Assembly (NCBI GenBank): GCA_964389465.1
Contig: CAYMDK010000006.1
Location: 1-62,503 of the forward strand
Length of the DNA: 62,503 nucleotides
Reading direction: 5' to 3'
Origin: an uncultured archaeon
GTDB taxonomy: Archaea > Thermoplasmatota > Poseidoniia > MGIII > CG-Epi1
Numbering within the stretch: the first letter of the stretch is position 1; each line of letters opens with the position of its first letter. The translations under genes were made by a program, and so were the position numbers. The notes below the pieces were generated by a model, which was given only the letters and a program-made list of their open reading frames with translations, was not told where the DNA came from and did not search any database. Of this stretch, positions 50,659-60,287 are shown in pieces.

Positions 50659-51399
50659 ATGAAAGTCAGTTTCCTGGGCGTCGGTGAGGCGTTCGACGAG
50701 ACGCAGACCAATGTCTGCATTCTGGTAGAGGCAGCCGGGCGACGTATGCTGGTCGAGTGCGGTGCCAACACGCCGGGCGAGGTGTGGAAGATTTCGGTCC
50801 GGCCCGACTTCCTTGACGGTATCTTCATCTCGCATTTCCACGCTGACCACGTCTTCGGGCTGCCGTCGTTGCTGATGCGTATGTGGGAGGATGGCCGCAC
50901 GCGCCCCTTCTACCTCTTCGGCCCGGTCGGCGGCCAGCGCCACCTCGAGCGGCTGATGGAGATGGCGTACCCCGGGATGGTCAAGCACATTCCCTTCACG
51001 CTGCGCTTCCGCGAACTGCAACGGTCGCACCGCTGGGACGACTGGAACCTGCGCGTCGTAAACACGCGCCACAGCGTCCAGAACCTCGGGCTGCGCCTCG
51101 AAGCGGGCTCACCACAGAAGGTGTTCTGCTACTCGGGCGACGGGATGTTCACCCCCACCGCCGCCAAGCTCTACACTGGCGCCAGCCTGCTGGTACACGA
51201 AGCGTACCTGGAGGATGGACAGACCAAAACCCACTGCAGCCTGGTCCAGCTTGAGCGGCTGCACGATCTGGCGCGGCCAAAGCAGATGGCGCTGGTCCAC
51301 CTGCAGCGCGACCTGCGCAAACAGAAGAAGGACATCCTCAAGAAATACCGCCAGCGCAAGTGGACCATCCCCGAATCGGGCGATGTCGTCACCTGCTGA
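50659..51399 (+). CDS. Metallo-beta-lactamase-fold hydrolase (RNase Z-like)
   Basis: FLGVG, SHFHADH, H, YSGD, LVHEA, HCS, LVH motifs. Confidence 0.9.
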   Translation: MKVSFLGVGEAFDETQTNVCILVEAAGRRMLVECGANTPGEVWKISVRPDFLDGIFISHFHADHVFGLPSLLMRMWEDGRTRPFYLFGPVGGQRHLERLMEMAYPGMVKHIPFTLRFRELQRSHRWDDWNLRVVNTRHSVQNLGLRLEAGSPQKVFCYSGDGMFTPTAAKLYTGASLLVHEAYLEDGQTKTHCSLVQLERLHDLARPKQMALVHLQRDLRKQKKDILKKYRQRKWTIPESGDVVTC

Positions 51400-51762
51400 G
51401 TGGGCGTCCACAGACTGGTCCACATCACCCGTTTCGAGTCAGCGCGCAAGCTGACGCGTGTCCCCGCAGGCCATCCCTGCGGGCGGGTCTACGGCCTCGC
51501 GTTCCGGCTCGAAATCCACGTTGAGGGCAAGATGGACCCCGCGACCGGGATGGTGGTCGATTTCGCGATGCTCGAAGAGGCGTTCGCGTCGCTGAAGGCA
51601 GAACTGGACCACAATTACCTCAACGACCTGCCCGGGCTGGAGAACCCGACCAGCGAGGTGCTGGTCGCATGGCTTTGGGAACGGCTGGCGCCGAGCCTGC
51701 CACAGCTCCGCAAACTGGTGCTGTGGGAGAACGAAACCTCGCGCGTCGAGTTCGCCGGCTGA
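51400..51762 (+). CDS. queD: QueD/6-pyruvoyl-tetrahydropterin synthase homologue lacking the Zn-binding histidines
   Basis: GHPCGR, GMVVDF, LDHNYLND.PGLENPTSE; canonical H16/H31/H33 read R/Y/L. Confidence 0.85.
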   Translation: MGVHRLVHITRFESARKLTRVPAGHPCGRVYGLAFRLEIHVEGKMDPATGMVVDFAMLEEAFASLKAELDHNYLNDLPGLENPTSEVLVAWLWERLAPSLPQLRKLVLWENETSRVEFAG

Positions 51763-51822
51763 CGGAAACGCCCGCTCCCGAGGGCTACGGCACCGTTTTT
51801 AGCCGGCCGCCGCTGCGCCCGC

Positions 51823-52128
51823 ATGACTACTATCGCCTTCCGGGTCAATTCCACCGCGCGCGGCAAGCGGCTGGTCGACCTGGGCGAACTGATGCGCGAA
51901 GCGGGTTATCTCGAGGAGTTCAGCTTCGACCGCGGTGCGCAGGAAGTGCGCTTCCGCTTCGCCGAATCGCCCGTAATCTTCGGCCCCGACGGCGAAATTG
52001 ATCTCGGCGAACTGGAGGAGTATATCCGGGCCGAGACCTCGATTGGCAAGCGGTTCACCGACGAACTGTTGCGCGAGGTTTTCAACCTCGACGAGACCGG
52101 TCACGTCTGGCAGCCAGAAGAAGAGTGA
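51823..52128 (+). CDS. Hypothetical protein (acidic, 101 aa)
   Basis: Codon pattern like host genes; TTTTTA ~25 nt upstream. Confidence 0.7.
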   Translation: MTTIAFRVNSTARGKRLVDLGELMREAGYLEEFSFDRGAQEVRFRFAESPVIFGPDGEIDLGELEEYIRAETSIGKRFTDELLREVFNLDETGHVWQPEEE

Positions 52129-55100
52129 CCCCTACTAGGGTGGCTGCCGCCATCAGGGCACTCGGCGCAGGCAGGAACGACGAATCCTCGCGCTCGATGG
52201 CGCGGACCTCGACTTCGACCGTCGCGACCGCCTCGCCCCCTTCGCCGTCGCGCACCTCCAGCGTCAGGAGATGCGCGCCCGCAGAGAGCGTCGCAGTCGC
52301 TTCGAATGAACTTGTCGTCACGAGATGGCCGTCACGGTCGCTGCTCCAGACAAAGAGCAGCGGGTCGCCGTCCGGGTCGCTGCTGCCGACAGCCGAGAGT
52401 GTGATCGTCCCGGCGGAGAGCTGCGCGGCCGGCTGCGGCAGTGCAATCAGCGCCAGCGGCGGCTGGTTGGGCTGTTCGTCGAGGACCGTGATGGTGACGC
52501 TCGCGGGAGCCGACGAATGCGCGCCCTCGTCATCCTGCACCTCGAGCGTCGCCGTATAGCTGCCCGGCGAGAGGTAGGTGTGGCGCACCCACGACTGCGA
52601 AGCCCAGCCGGTGGCGTCGCCATCGCCAAAATCGAAAGCGTAGCCGGCGACCTGCGAGTCGTCGCTGGAACCGTTGCCGCTGAAGACCACGGGCTCGCCG
52701 AATTCGAGCTCGAGCGGCTCCGCCGAGAGCCGTGCGGTGGGCCGCCGGTTGGCGTCGTCGTTGGTTATTTCGACCTCGACTTTCGCCGACGACGAGTAAT
52801 TAAAGCCGTCCCACGCCCGCGCCTCAATCCGGTAGCGGCCGTTCAAGTCGCCCGTCGTGTTCCATTCCCAGCTCCAGTCCGTCGTTCCTGAAGCAGTCTC
52901 CCACTCCGCTGGTGCGACGCGCACCTCGACCCGCCGCACCGCGTAGTTATCTTCCGCAGTGCCGCTGACCGTCACAGTCCCGGAGAGGATTTCGTTTTCG
53001 TGCGGCGCGGTGATGAACACCAGCGGCGGTTGCGTGTCGAGTATGTCGGTGACGGTCGCCGAGAGCGTGGCGTTGTGGTCAGAGTCATCGGCGTCGCTGG
53101 GCGAGATGTCGACCAGCGTCGCTGCGAACTCGTGCTCGCCGAGCACCGCGGTCCACGGCAGCGCGAGGTTCAGCGCCTGCTGCGGGTCGAGCGACCCCTC
53201 GCGGGTGCCAAGCGGCTCGCCGTCGAGGCTGAACTCGACGCTGAAACTGCGCGCCCGGCCCAGCCCTTCGTTGATGATGCGCGCGACCAGCTGCACCTCC
53301 TCTTCGGGCAGCGGCACCTCGGGCTGTAGCCGCAGCTCCTCGATGCGCAAGTCGGGCGGGTCGCTGTAGCTGCTGATTTCGATTGCCCGCGAAATGCCGG
53401 GATTGTTGTTGAGCGCGAAGCTGGCGCGAAGCTGCGTTTCGGTAACCGCGGCAGGGGCGCCGAGGTCGAAGCGCAGCGTCGGGTGCGAAATGAGCACGGC
53501 GCCAGCCGCCGGCTCGCCGGTGTAGTTGAACCAGGCACGCACGAATCGCTCATCGCCTTCGACTCCAGCCCAGAGCCCCTCCTCGGAGGCCAGCCCGTCG
53601 GCGGCGTCGGCGTCCAGTTCGAAGCTGGCGGGCGCCGGCCACGCCGCCGACCAGCGCGCCTCGATGCGCACCGAATCGGGCTGCTCGCCTTGCGGGTAGT
53701 TCTGGATGGTGCCGCCATCCTCGCCGCGAGTCGTATGCTCGGTGCGGGTGTAATCCATCGCGAGCGTGAAGGAAGCGTTCTCCAGAACGGGGATTTCAGG
53801 CGGCCCCGCGATGGAGCCGGAGCGCAAGTCGAGCGAGCGCTGTACGGCACCAAGGGCGTCGACGGTGCCCCAGCCGTAGCAGTTGTTCGGCGAATAGAAC
53901 TCGCCGCAATCAAGGTCGAACGGAACGCGATGGTCGCTGGTCTCGCGCATGATTTGCTTGTAGGGGCTGCTGGTTGCGTCGGGCCGCATCTGCGGATTGG
54001 CCTGCACCATCAGCGCCGCCAGGCCGGCAACGTGCGGCGCTGACATGCTCGTCCCGGAGTAGGAGACGTAGCCGTCGCCGCTCCCTTTCTGGGCAGACAT
54101 CACGCCGCCGCCGGGCGCCATCACGTCGGGCTTGAGGCGGCCGTCGCCGGTCGGGCCGCGCGACGAGTAGATTTCGCGGTTGTGGTTGTCATTGACCGAG
54201 CCGACCGTAATCGCGCGCTCGCTATCGCCCGGGTAGGTCACCGAGCCGGGGTGCGCCGCGACGCCCAGGTTGCCATTACCGATGGCGACCGTCGTGACGA
54301 TGCCGCTCTCGACCGCGGCGTCGAGCGCTTGCGAAATCGACGACTGCCCGTCGTTGGTCGCGCCCGGGATGACGACCGGCCCGCCCAGCGAGAGCGACAT
54401 GACACGGATGTTGAAGCGGTCGCGGTTGGCAATCGTCCAGTTGACCGAGCGCAGCAGGTCGTTGGTGTCGCCCCCGCCGCCGTCGAGCGCAATGACTCCG
54501 GCGAGCCGCGCCTGCGGTGCCACACCGGCGTAGGTTCCCGAAGGCCCGCCGGTACCAGCAGCGATGCCCGCCACGTGGGTGCCGTGGCTGCCGGAATCGT
54601 GCGGCTGCTCGTCAGGATATTCCTTGTCGGTGTTGGCGTTGTAGAACGCCAGCTTGCCGTCCGCATCGACCGCTATCTTCGGGTCATCGGTCGAGCCGAT
54701 ATCGTCCAGGTCGTCGAGCGATTCGTGCGCGAAGTCGACACCTGTGTCGAGAATCGCAATTGTCACGTTCTCGCCCCGGAAGCCGAACTGTGACCAGACG
54801 GCGGTCGTGCGCAACGACGCGACGCTGTTGTCGAGCGCCGGGTAGAACATGACGTCCGGCTCGAGCCACACCAGCCCGGGAAGCCGCGTCAGCGCCGGCA
54901 GCGACTCGAGCGGCACTACCACGCCGAATGTCTCGAAACGGGGAAACCACGAAACGACTTCGCCGTCGAGCGCCGTGACGTAGTCGCGGTGCTCGCCGCG
55001 CAGTGCATCAACGCGCGCAATGACCGAAATCTCGCCTTCCGGCGCCGGCGCGCCGCCCAGCTCGCCGATGCGTTCCGGCGCGGCAGCCATCAGCGCTAGC

Positions 55101-55231
55101 CGCGGGTCGACCAGCGACGCCGTTTCCGCCGGCAAGGCGACTCCGTAAGGCGACCCCGGGGCGCCGAGCGGAGTCGCCAGCACCGGCAGCGCCAGCAGGG
55201 CGACCAGCAGCAGCGCAGCGAACCGCTTCAC
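52082..55231 (-). CDS. S8 (subtilisin-like) serine protease with CARDB, Ig-like and PKD domains and C-terminal anchor
   Basis: ILDTGVD, HGTHVAG, SGTSMS triad; FDFGDG PKD; FLPAP-TM-RR tail; start GTG 55231 (alternative 55249). Confidence 0.94.
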   Translation of the reverse strand: MKRFAALLLVALLALPVLATPLGAPGSPYGVALPAETASLVDPRLALMAAAPERIGELGGAPAPEGEISVIARVDALRGEHRDYVTALDGEVVSWFPRFETFGVVVPLESLPALTRLPGLVWLEPDVMFYPALDNSVASLRTTAVWSQFGFRGENVTIAILDTGVDFAHESLDDLDDIGSTDDPKIAVDADGKLAFYNANTDKEYPDEQPHDSGSHGTHVAGIAAGTGGPSGTYAGVAPQARLAGVIALDGGGGDTNDLLRSVNWTIANRDRFNIRVMSLSLGGPVVIPGATNDGQSSISQALDAAVESGIVTTVAIGNGNLGVAAHPGSVTYPGDSERAITVGSVNDNHNREIYSSRGPTGDGRLKPDVMAPGGGVMSAQKGSGDGYVSYSGTSMSAPHVAGLAALMVQANPQMRPDATSSPYKQIMRETSDHRVPFDLDCGEFYSPNNCYGWGTVDALGAVQRSLDLRSGSIAGPPEIPVLENASFTLAMDYTRTEHTTRGEDGGTIQNYPQGEQPDSVRIEARWSAAWPAPASFELDADAADGLASEEGLWAGVEGDERFVRAWFNYTGEPAAGAVLISHPTLRFDLGAPAAVTETQLRASFALNNNPGISRAIEISSYSDPPDLRIEELRLQPEVPLPEEEVQLVARIINEGLGRARSFSVEFSLDGEPLGTREGSLDPQQALNLALPWTAVLGEHEFAATLVDISPSDADDSDHNATLSATVTDILDTQPPLVFITAPHENEILSGTVTVSGTAEDNYAVRRVEVRVAPAEWETASGTTDWSWEWNTTGDLNGRYRIEARAWDGFNYSSSAKVEVEITNDDANRRPTARLSAEPLELEFGEPVVFSGNGSSDDSQVAGYAFDFGDGDATGWASQSWVRHTYLSPGSYTATLEVQDDEGAHSSAPASVTITVLDEQPNQPPLALIALPQPAAQLSAGTITLSAVGSSDPDGDPLLFVWSSDRDGHLVTTSSFEATATLSAGAHLLTLEVRDGEGGEAVATVEVEVRAIEREDSSFLPAPSALMAAATLVGVTLLLAARRDRSRRG

Positions 55232-55371
55232 GGGCGCCCGGGAGGTCACTGACTGATAAACCTTTGCGGCTGGGCACCAAAAAATTCGTACGTACCTCTA
55301 ATGGACAGAAAACAATATTGCTGTCTGCGCATAGTAACATTTATAATTGACAACAAGCTCGACGTGAAACC

Positions 55372-55644
55372 ATGGACGACTACGGAAGTCTGAACGTGAT
55401 TTTTTCTCCTATGGTATATCAGGGCCGGACCATCAAAATCGAAGGGGCAGATGAAGAAGAACTTTTTGCCCAAGTCCATGAAAGTAATAACGAAGAAAAG
55501 GCGTCATTCTTGAATATCAAAAGCGGAAACTACGATATTTATACCTGGAATAATGAAGACGAAGACCTAGAACAGGAAGAAGGCTGGAAATATCAAGGGA
55601 TTACCACGGTATTTCCAAATAAAGAGTCAAAATACGAGATTTAA
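55372..55644 (+). CDS. AT-rich hypothetical protein
   Basis: 90-aa acidic ORF in a conspicuously low-GC patch; TTTATAA upstream. Confidence 0.55.
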   Translation: MDDYGSLNVIFSPMVYQGRTIKIEGADEEELFAQVHESNNEEKASFLNIKSGNYDIYTWNNEDEDLEQEEGWKYQGITTVFPNKESKYEI

Positions 55645-55670
55645 CAGTTACAGATTTTTACCCGTGGAAC

Positions 55671-55746
55671 TGGCGCCCGGACCGGGATTCGAACCCGGGT
55701 TCGAAGCTCCGCAAGCTCCAGTGATTCCTGGCTACACCATCCGGGC
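55671..55746 (-). tRNA. tRNA-Arg (anticodon GCG), CCA encoded
   Basis: GCCCGGA..TCCGGGC-G-CCA acceptor; anticodon loop TT-GCG-GA; CCGGG-TTCGAAT-CCCGG T arm; TTTAAA ~25 nt upstream. Confidence 0.96.
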
Positions 55747-55855
55747 GCGCGGCGCGATGGCTCGCCTTCTTTAAAGCCCGCGGCGAAGGCGCGGCGGCTC
55801 GCTGGCGACGATTCCGCACGACTCAAATCCTTAAGAAGCGGCGCCTTGGCGCCGC

Positions 55856-56317
55856 ATGGCAAGCGTGGTGCTGCTGCTCGGCTCGGCCAGCGACAAACCG
55901 GTAGCGGCGAAGGCGGAGCAGGTGCTGGCGCAGCTCGGCATCAGCCACGCGACGCACGTCGCGTCGGCGCACCGCACACCCCGCCGCGTGGTCGAGCTCG
56001 TAGAAGGCAGCGGCGCGTCGGTGTTCATCGCCGTTGCGGGCCTCTCCGCAGCGCTGCCGGGCGTCGTCGCGGCGCACACGCGCAAGCCTGTCATCGGCGT
56101 CCCGTGCACCTCCGACAGCTCGCCCGGCAACCTCGATTCGCTGCTCTCAGTGGTGCAGATGCCGCCCGGCGTCCCGGTCGCCGCGGTCGGCCTCGGCCGC
56201 GGCGAGAACGCGGCGCTGCTGGCGGCGCGCATCCTCGCGCTCGGTGATGACGCCATCGCGGCCGCGCTGGAAGATTACCACGCCGAGCTGGAGCGCAAGG
56301 TCATCGAGTCGAGCTGA
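55856..56317 (+). CDS. purE: N5-CAIR mutase / AIR carboxylase
   Basis: LGSASD, SAHRTP, AGLSAALPG, PVIGVP, VQMPPGVPVA. Confidence 0.95.
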   Translation: MASVVLLLGSASDKPVAAKAEQVLAQLGISHATHVASAHRTPRRVVELVEGSGASVFIAVAGLSAALPGVVAAHTRKPVIGVPCTSDSSPGNLDSLLSVVQMPPGVPVAAVGLGRGENAALLAARILALGDDAIAAALEDYHAELERKVIESS

Positions 56318-56357
56318 AACGGACGTTTCGGCACGCCGGTTTTCTTGACAGCGCTAT

Positions 56358-57002
56358 TTAGTCTTCGTAGCCGTGTTTCCCGATGAGCGGGACGAACGCG
56401 ACACCGGGCCGCCGCTCTTCGCGCCATTCGTCGCCGTCGCGCTCGATGACGAGCAACGCCTGCAGCGTGTGACCGCCGACCGGCACCACCATGCGCCCCC
56501 GTACGGCGAGCTGCTCGCGCAACGGCCCCGGCAGCCGCGGCGCGCCGCAGGTGACCAGAATGCGGTCGAACGGCGCCACCTCCGGCAGGCCGCACGAGCC
56601 GTCGCCGTGGTGCACCGTCGCGTTCGTGACGCCCGCAAGGTTGGCGCGCGCGCGTTGCGCCAGCTGCGGGATGCGCTCGACGGTGTGCACCTCGCCGCCC
56701 GGCGCAACCATCGCCGCCGCGACCGCCGCGTGGTAGCCGCAGCCGGAGCCGACCTCGAGCAGCCGCTGGCCGGGGCGCGGCTGCAGCTCCTCGAGCATCA
56801 TCGCCACCATGTGCGGCGCCGAGATGGTCTGCCCGCGGCCGATGGGCAGCGGCGTGTCGTCCCACGCGGCGTAGCGCTGCCGCTCGGGGACGAAGTCGGC
56901 GCGGTCGACCGCCTCCATTCCCGCCCGGACCGCGGGTGTGCGCAGGTATTCGCGCCGCTCAAGGTAGTCGAGCAGCCGCGTCCGCGCCGGGATTGCGCTC
57001 AT
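56358..57002 (-). CDS. pcm: Protein-L-isoaspartate O-methyltransferase
   Basis: GQTISAPHMVA, LEVGSGCGY, GDGS.G..APFDRI, FVPLIG. Confidence 0.95.
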   Translation of the reverse strand: MSAIPARTRLLDYLERREYLRTPAVRAGMEAVDRADFVPERQRYAAWDDTPLPIGRGQTISAPHMVAMMLEELQPRPGQRLLEVGSGCGYHAAVAAAMVAPGGEVHTVERIPQLAQRARANLAGVTNATVHHGDGSCGLPEVAPFDRILVTCGAPRLPGPLREQLAVRGRMVVPVGGHTLQALLVIERDGDEWREERRPGVAFVPLIGKHGYED

Positions 57003-57358
57003 CTGTCGCCTGACCGTCGCCTAGCGGGGGCGCTGGCCTTGCTCCGTAGCGGCTGGCGGCAGACGCGTCCGCACTGCAGGCAGGTGGTGGTGCGCCACCC
57101 CTTGCGCGACAGCCGCACGCGGGCGGTCGCCGGCCCCAGAAAACCGTCGCAGCCGCGGCAGACGCGCAGCCGCTGCTCGCGCGTCAGCTTCTGCCGATAG
57201 CGCTTGCCGATGAGCCGCGCCAGCTGCGCGCAGCGGTCGGCGTCATCCTGCCGCCCTTCCAGCGCCCAGCGCTCCGCCTGCTCGAGCAGGTGCGCGATGC
57301 GCTCGCGGGCGATGGCCTCCATGCGGTTCGTGCGGCGACCGCGACGACGCGACGACAT
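56999..57358 (-). CDS. rnp4: Ribonuclease P protein component 4 (Rpp21)
   Basis: IARERI..L, CRGC..L.P, RVRL, CLQCG..R.P. Confidence 0.9.
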   Translation of the reverse strand: MSSRRRGRRTNRMEAIARERIAHLLEQAERWALEGRQDDADRCAQLARLIGKRYRQKLTREQRLRVCRGCDGFLGPATARVRLSRKGWRTTTCLQCGRVCRQPLRSKASAPARRRSGDR

Positions 57359-57403
57359 AGCGCGCGAGTGGCCGGTTTTTTAATCACCACCGGCTGCGCA
57401 GGT

Positions 57404-58126
57404 GTGCTCGGCGACCTGTTGCGGTGGGACTCCGCGTGGGAGCTCTACTTCCACTTCCTGATTTTCGTTCCGATTGTCCTGCGACTGGGCGTGCTGGGCG
57501 GGCCGGCGCTGACCGCCATCAGGCTGCACGGCCATCACCTCAAATGGCTCTTCGAGCGGCTGCAGGAAATCCCGCGCGGCTACACCATCGCGGTCAAGTT
57601 CACCATCGGGCTGCTGGTGCCGACGACGATTGCGCTGCTGCGCTTCTTCGTCCCGAGCCCCGATGCCGCCGGCCTCGTCACGCTGGCCGGCGTAACGCTG
57701 CACGTCCCGGCGTGGAGCGAAATATCGCAGTGGCACTACCTCGCCATCGCCGCCTTCTTCATCGCGCACACCTACCTCGATTTCCGACGTGTGTGGGACA
57801 CGCGCGAACTGGCGGTGCGCATCATCAGCATCGACATCAGCCGCTACCGGCCGATGGTCGACCGGATGCTTTCGATGGGCGACTGGTTGCAAGGTTCGGC
57901 CGAGCGCGGCGTGGAGGCGCAGCCGCACGAGCGGGTGGCGCGCTTCGTCGGTTACCTCGCTACGCGCGTGATTGACACAACCAACACCGTCGTCGACAAG
58001 GTGATGGAGAAGCCGGACGCCTACGCGCGGCGCTGGATGCTGGTCAACGTCGCGACCGGCCTCGCGTTCCACCTGCTGCCAATGGTGTTCCTGTTCCTGC
58101 TGGTCGTAACGCAGGAAATAGCATAA
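57404..58126 (+). CDS. Hypothetical membrane protein
   Basis: About 4 hydrophobic segments; GTG start chosen ~25 nt after TTTTTAA. Confidence 0.7.
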   Translation: MLGDLLRWDSAWELYFHFLIFVPIVLRLGVLGGPALTAIRLHGHHLKWLFERLQEIPRGYTIAVKFTIGLLVPTTIALLRFFVPSPDAAGLVTLAGVTLHVPAWSEISQWHYLAIAAFFIAHTYLDFRRVWDTRELAVRIISIDISRYRPMVDRMLSMGDWLQGSAERGVEAQPHERVARFVGYLATRVIDTTNTVVDKVMEKPDAYARRWMLVNVATGLAFHLLPMVFLFLLVVTQEIA

Positions 58127-58155
58127 GTGGCGCGAACCGTGCGCGACGACGCGAT

Positions 58156-59739
58156 ATGAACCCCAAGGGCAACCCGACTGCACCATGCTTCACCCCTTCG
58201 CTGGCGCTGCTGCTATTGCTCCCGGCTTTCGCGGGGTGCCTCGACAGCGGCGAGCCGGCGCAGCCGTCGCTCGCCGCCTCGGTGGAGATGGCACCGGACG
58301 AGCTGGTCGGCGGCGCCTTCCAGCCGGTCGAGTTCACCGCGCGCCAGCCGTTGAGCCTGCTGGTGCCATACCCGGTCCGCGACTCCATCACGGGGCTGGT
58401 GCAGAACGGCACCGTGCTCGACTTCGCGCAGACGTGGGACTCGTGGCAGGTGGAAATGCTGGCGCCGCCCGGCCACACCAACGCGACGTTCCTCGTCGCC
58501 GAGCTTGGCCGCGATGCATGGCCGCTGCGTGCGACCAACGAGAGCTGGCGCGAATGGATTGACCGCGGCGGCCCCGTCGCCGGCATGGACGACGGCATCG
58601 GCGCGCTGCGCGTCGCGGGCGACGGCGAGCTGCCACCGCTGGTTCCGGCGCGAGTCACCGCGGCTGGCGTCGAAGCGGTGCAGTTCCCGGTCGTGCGGCC
58701 GCCCCGCGATGGCATTGCCCCGGAGCAGGGGGGCGGCCATAGCACCGGCCTCATCGATGGCTACTCCATCTACGAATGGCTCGAAATCGTGACCGACGAG
58801 CAGAATGGCTACAACGAGCGCTGGGGACCGCTGGTGCCGCGCGACCCGGTTTACGAGCGGGCGCTGGAATTCCTCGAGAACGAGTTCGACGCGCTGGGGC
58901 TTGACGGCCAAATCCACCATTACGAATTATCGAGCTCGCCCTGGGCCGCCAACGTCTGCGGCTACCGCACCGGCTCGGTCTACCCCGACGAGTGGGTCGT
59001 GCTGGGCGCGCACCTCGACATCGCCGAGCCGGGCAGCCCGCCCGGCGGCGGCACCCACATCGGCGCGCACGACAACACCGCCGGAGTGGCGATGGCGCTC
59101 GCGGCGGCGGGCGCGCTGGCGCAGTTCGACAGCCGGCGCACGCTCGCAGTCTGCTTCTGGTCGAACGAAGAGAACGGCTACGACGGCGCCGACCGCTGGA
59201 TTGACAACCTGCCGGCGGGCGTAACGGTCACCAACTACCTGAATATCGACAGCGCCGGGGTGAACTACCCCGGCGAATACACGCTGGTCGTCGACATCAT
59301 CCCCGACAGCGACGACCTGCTCAACGAGCAGTGGGAGATGATTTCGCTCACCGAGTGGATTGGCTCCACCTTCTACGACATCGCGCCGGTGCTGCGCAAC
59401 GGCCGTGAACTCTACTACACCGAAGGCTACGCGGCGATGAAAGACCACGACCACCCCCACCCCGACACTATTTCGGTCCACGAGTCACAGCGCGGCCGCA
59501 GCGACTACGTGCGCTTCGCCGACCGGCTGGGGGTCGTCTCGCTGGATTTCGGCGCCATCACCGGCGGCTACGACTGCTACCACGCGCCGTGCGATACGCT
59601 GCCCGAGATGGTCGACTGGATGGCGACCGTCAACGCCACCGGCCAGCAGAACCTGGTCGCGTCGCTCGACATGATTGCGTGGTGGTTCGCCGGGCTGTTC
59701 TGGTATCTCGACGAGCGGCCGGTCTACGACCGCAGCTAA
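58156..59739 (+). CDS. M28-family metallopeptidase, lipoprotein
   Basis: Lipobox FAGC; GAHLD, GAHDN, NEENG, NIDS, RSDY, YHAPCD. Confidence 0.9.
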   Translation: MNPKGNPTAPCFTPSLALLLLLPAFAGCLDSGEPAQPSLAASVEMAPDELVGGAFQPVEFTARQPLSLLVPYPVRDSITGLVQNGTVLDFAQTWDSWQVEMLAPPGHTNATFLVAELGRDAWPLRATNESWREWIDRGGPVAGMDDGIGALRVAGDGELPPLVPARVTAAGVEAVQFPVVRPPRDGIAPEQGGGHSTGLIDGYSIYEWLEIVTDEQNGYNERWGPLVPRDPVYERALEFLENEFDALGLDGQIHHYELSSSPWAANVCGYRTGSVYPDEWVVLGAHLDIAEPGSPPGGGTHIGAHDNTAGVAMALAAAGALAQFDSRRTLAVCFWSNEENGYDGADRWIDNLPAGVTVTNYLNIDSAGVNYPGEYTLVVDIIPDSDDLLNEQWEMISLTEWIGSTFYDIAPVLRNGRELYYTEGYAAMKDHDHPHPDTISVHESQRGRSDYVRFADRLGVVSLDFGAITGGYDCYHAPCDTLPEMVDWMATVNATGQQNLVASLDMIAWWFAGLFWYLDERPVYDRS

Positions 59740-60287
59740 AGCGATTCGAGTCGCGCCAGCAGTTCCCCCGCTGCCGCGCGCAGCGCATCGAGTTCCCCTT
59801 CGTTGGCGAGCGTCTCATCGGCCGCCGCAATCGTCTCCGCCAGCGACCAACCCAGCTCGCGCTCGTCGCGCGCGTGGAACGCGGCCGCGTCGCCGTCATC
59901 GATGCGGCCGCGCTGCTGGACCCGCGCCAGCCGCTGTTCAGCCGACGCGACGACCGCGACCGTCACCAGCGCGTCCCCGTAGGCGGTGCGGAACACCGCC
60001 AGTTCTCGTTCGCCGCGCATGCCGTCGATGAGCACATGACTGCCGGCAGCGCGCAGCGCGTCGATGCGCTCCAGCGACCGCGAAGCCCAGACACCGTAGC
60101 CGTGCGCTTCACGCTCGCCGTTGGCGACCGCACCAACGCTGGCGGGCGCCAGCTCGAGCCCGCGCCGCTCGGTCTCCTCCCAGACCAGGTCACCGATGCG
60201 GTGCACCGCCCAGCCGCGCTGCTGCGCGACCGCCGCCACCTCACCCTTGCCGGCGGCGGGCATGCCTGTCAGCGCGATGAGGGTCAT
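59736..60287 (-). CDS. P-loop kinase (dephospho-CoA kinase-like / UPF0200)
   Basis: TGMPAAGK, GDLVWEE, IDGMR, RGRIDD..F.ARDEREL; ATG overlaps the mutase stop. Confidence 0.85.
   Translation of the reverse strand: MTLIALTGMPAAGKGEVAAVAQQRGWAVHRIGDLVWEETERRGLELAPASVGAVANGEREAHGYGVWASRSLERIDALRAAGSHVLIDGMRGERELAVFRTAYGDALVTVAVVASAEQRLARVQQRGRIDDGDAAAFHARDERELGWSLAETIAAADETLANEGELDALRAAAGELLARLESL

Noticed and set aside
55301-55393. 30-aa ORF MDRKQYCC.. as a frameshifted start of the islet gene
   Set aside because: No motif or slippery site evident; a TATA-like element inside it better explains the 55372 start.
55671-55746. tRNA-His or intron-containing tRNA
   Set aside because: Anticodon reads GCG in a normal 7-nt loop; the 76-nt cloverleaf needs no intron.
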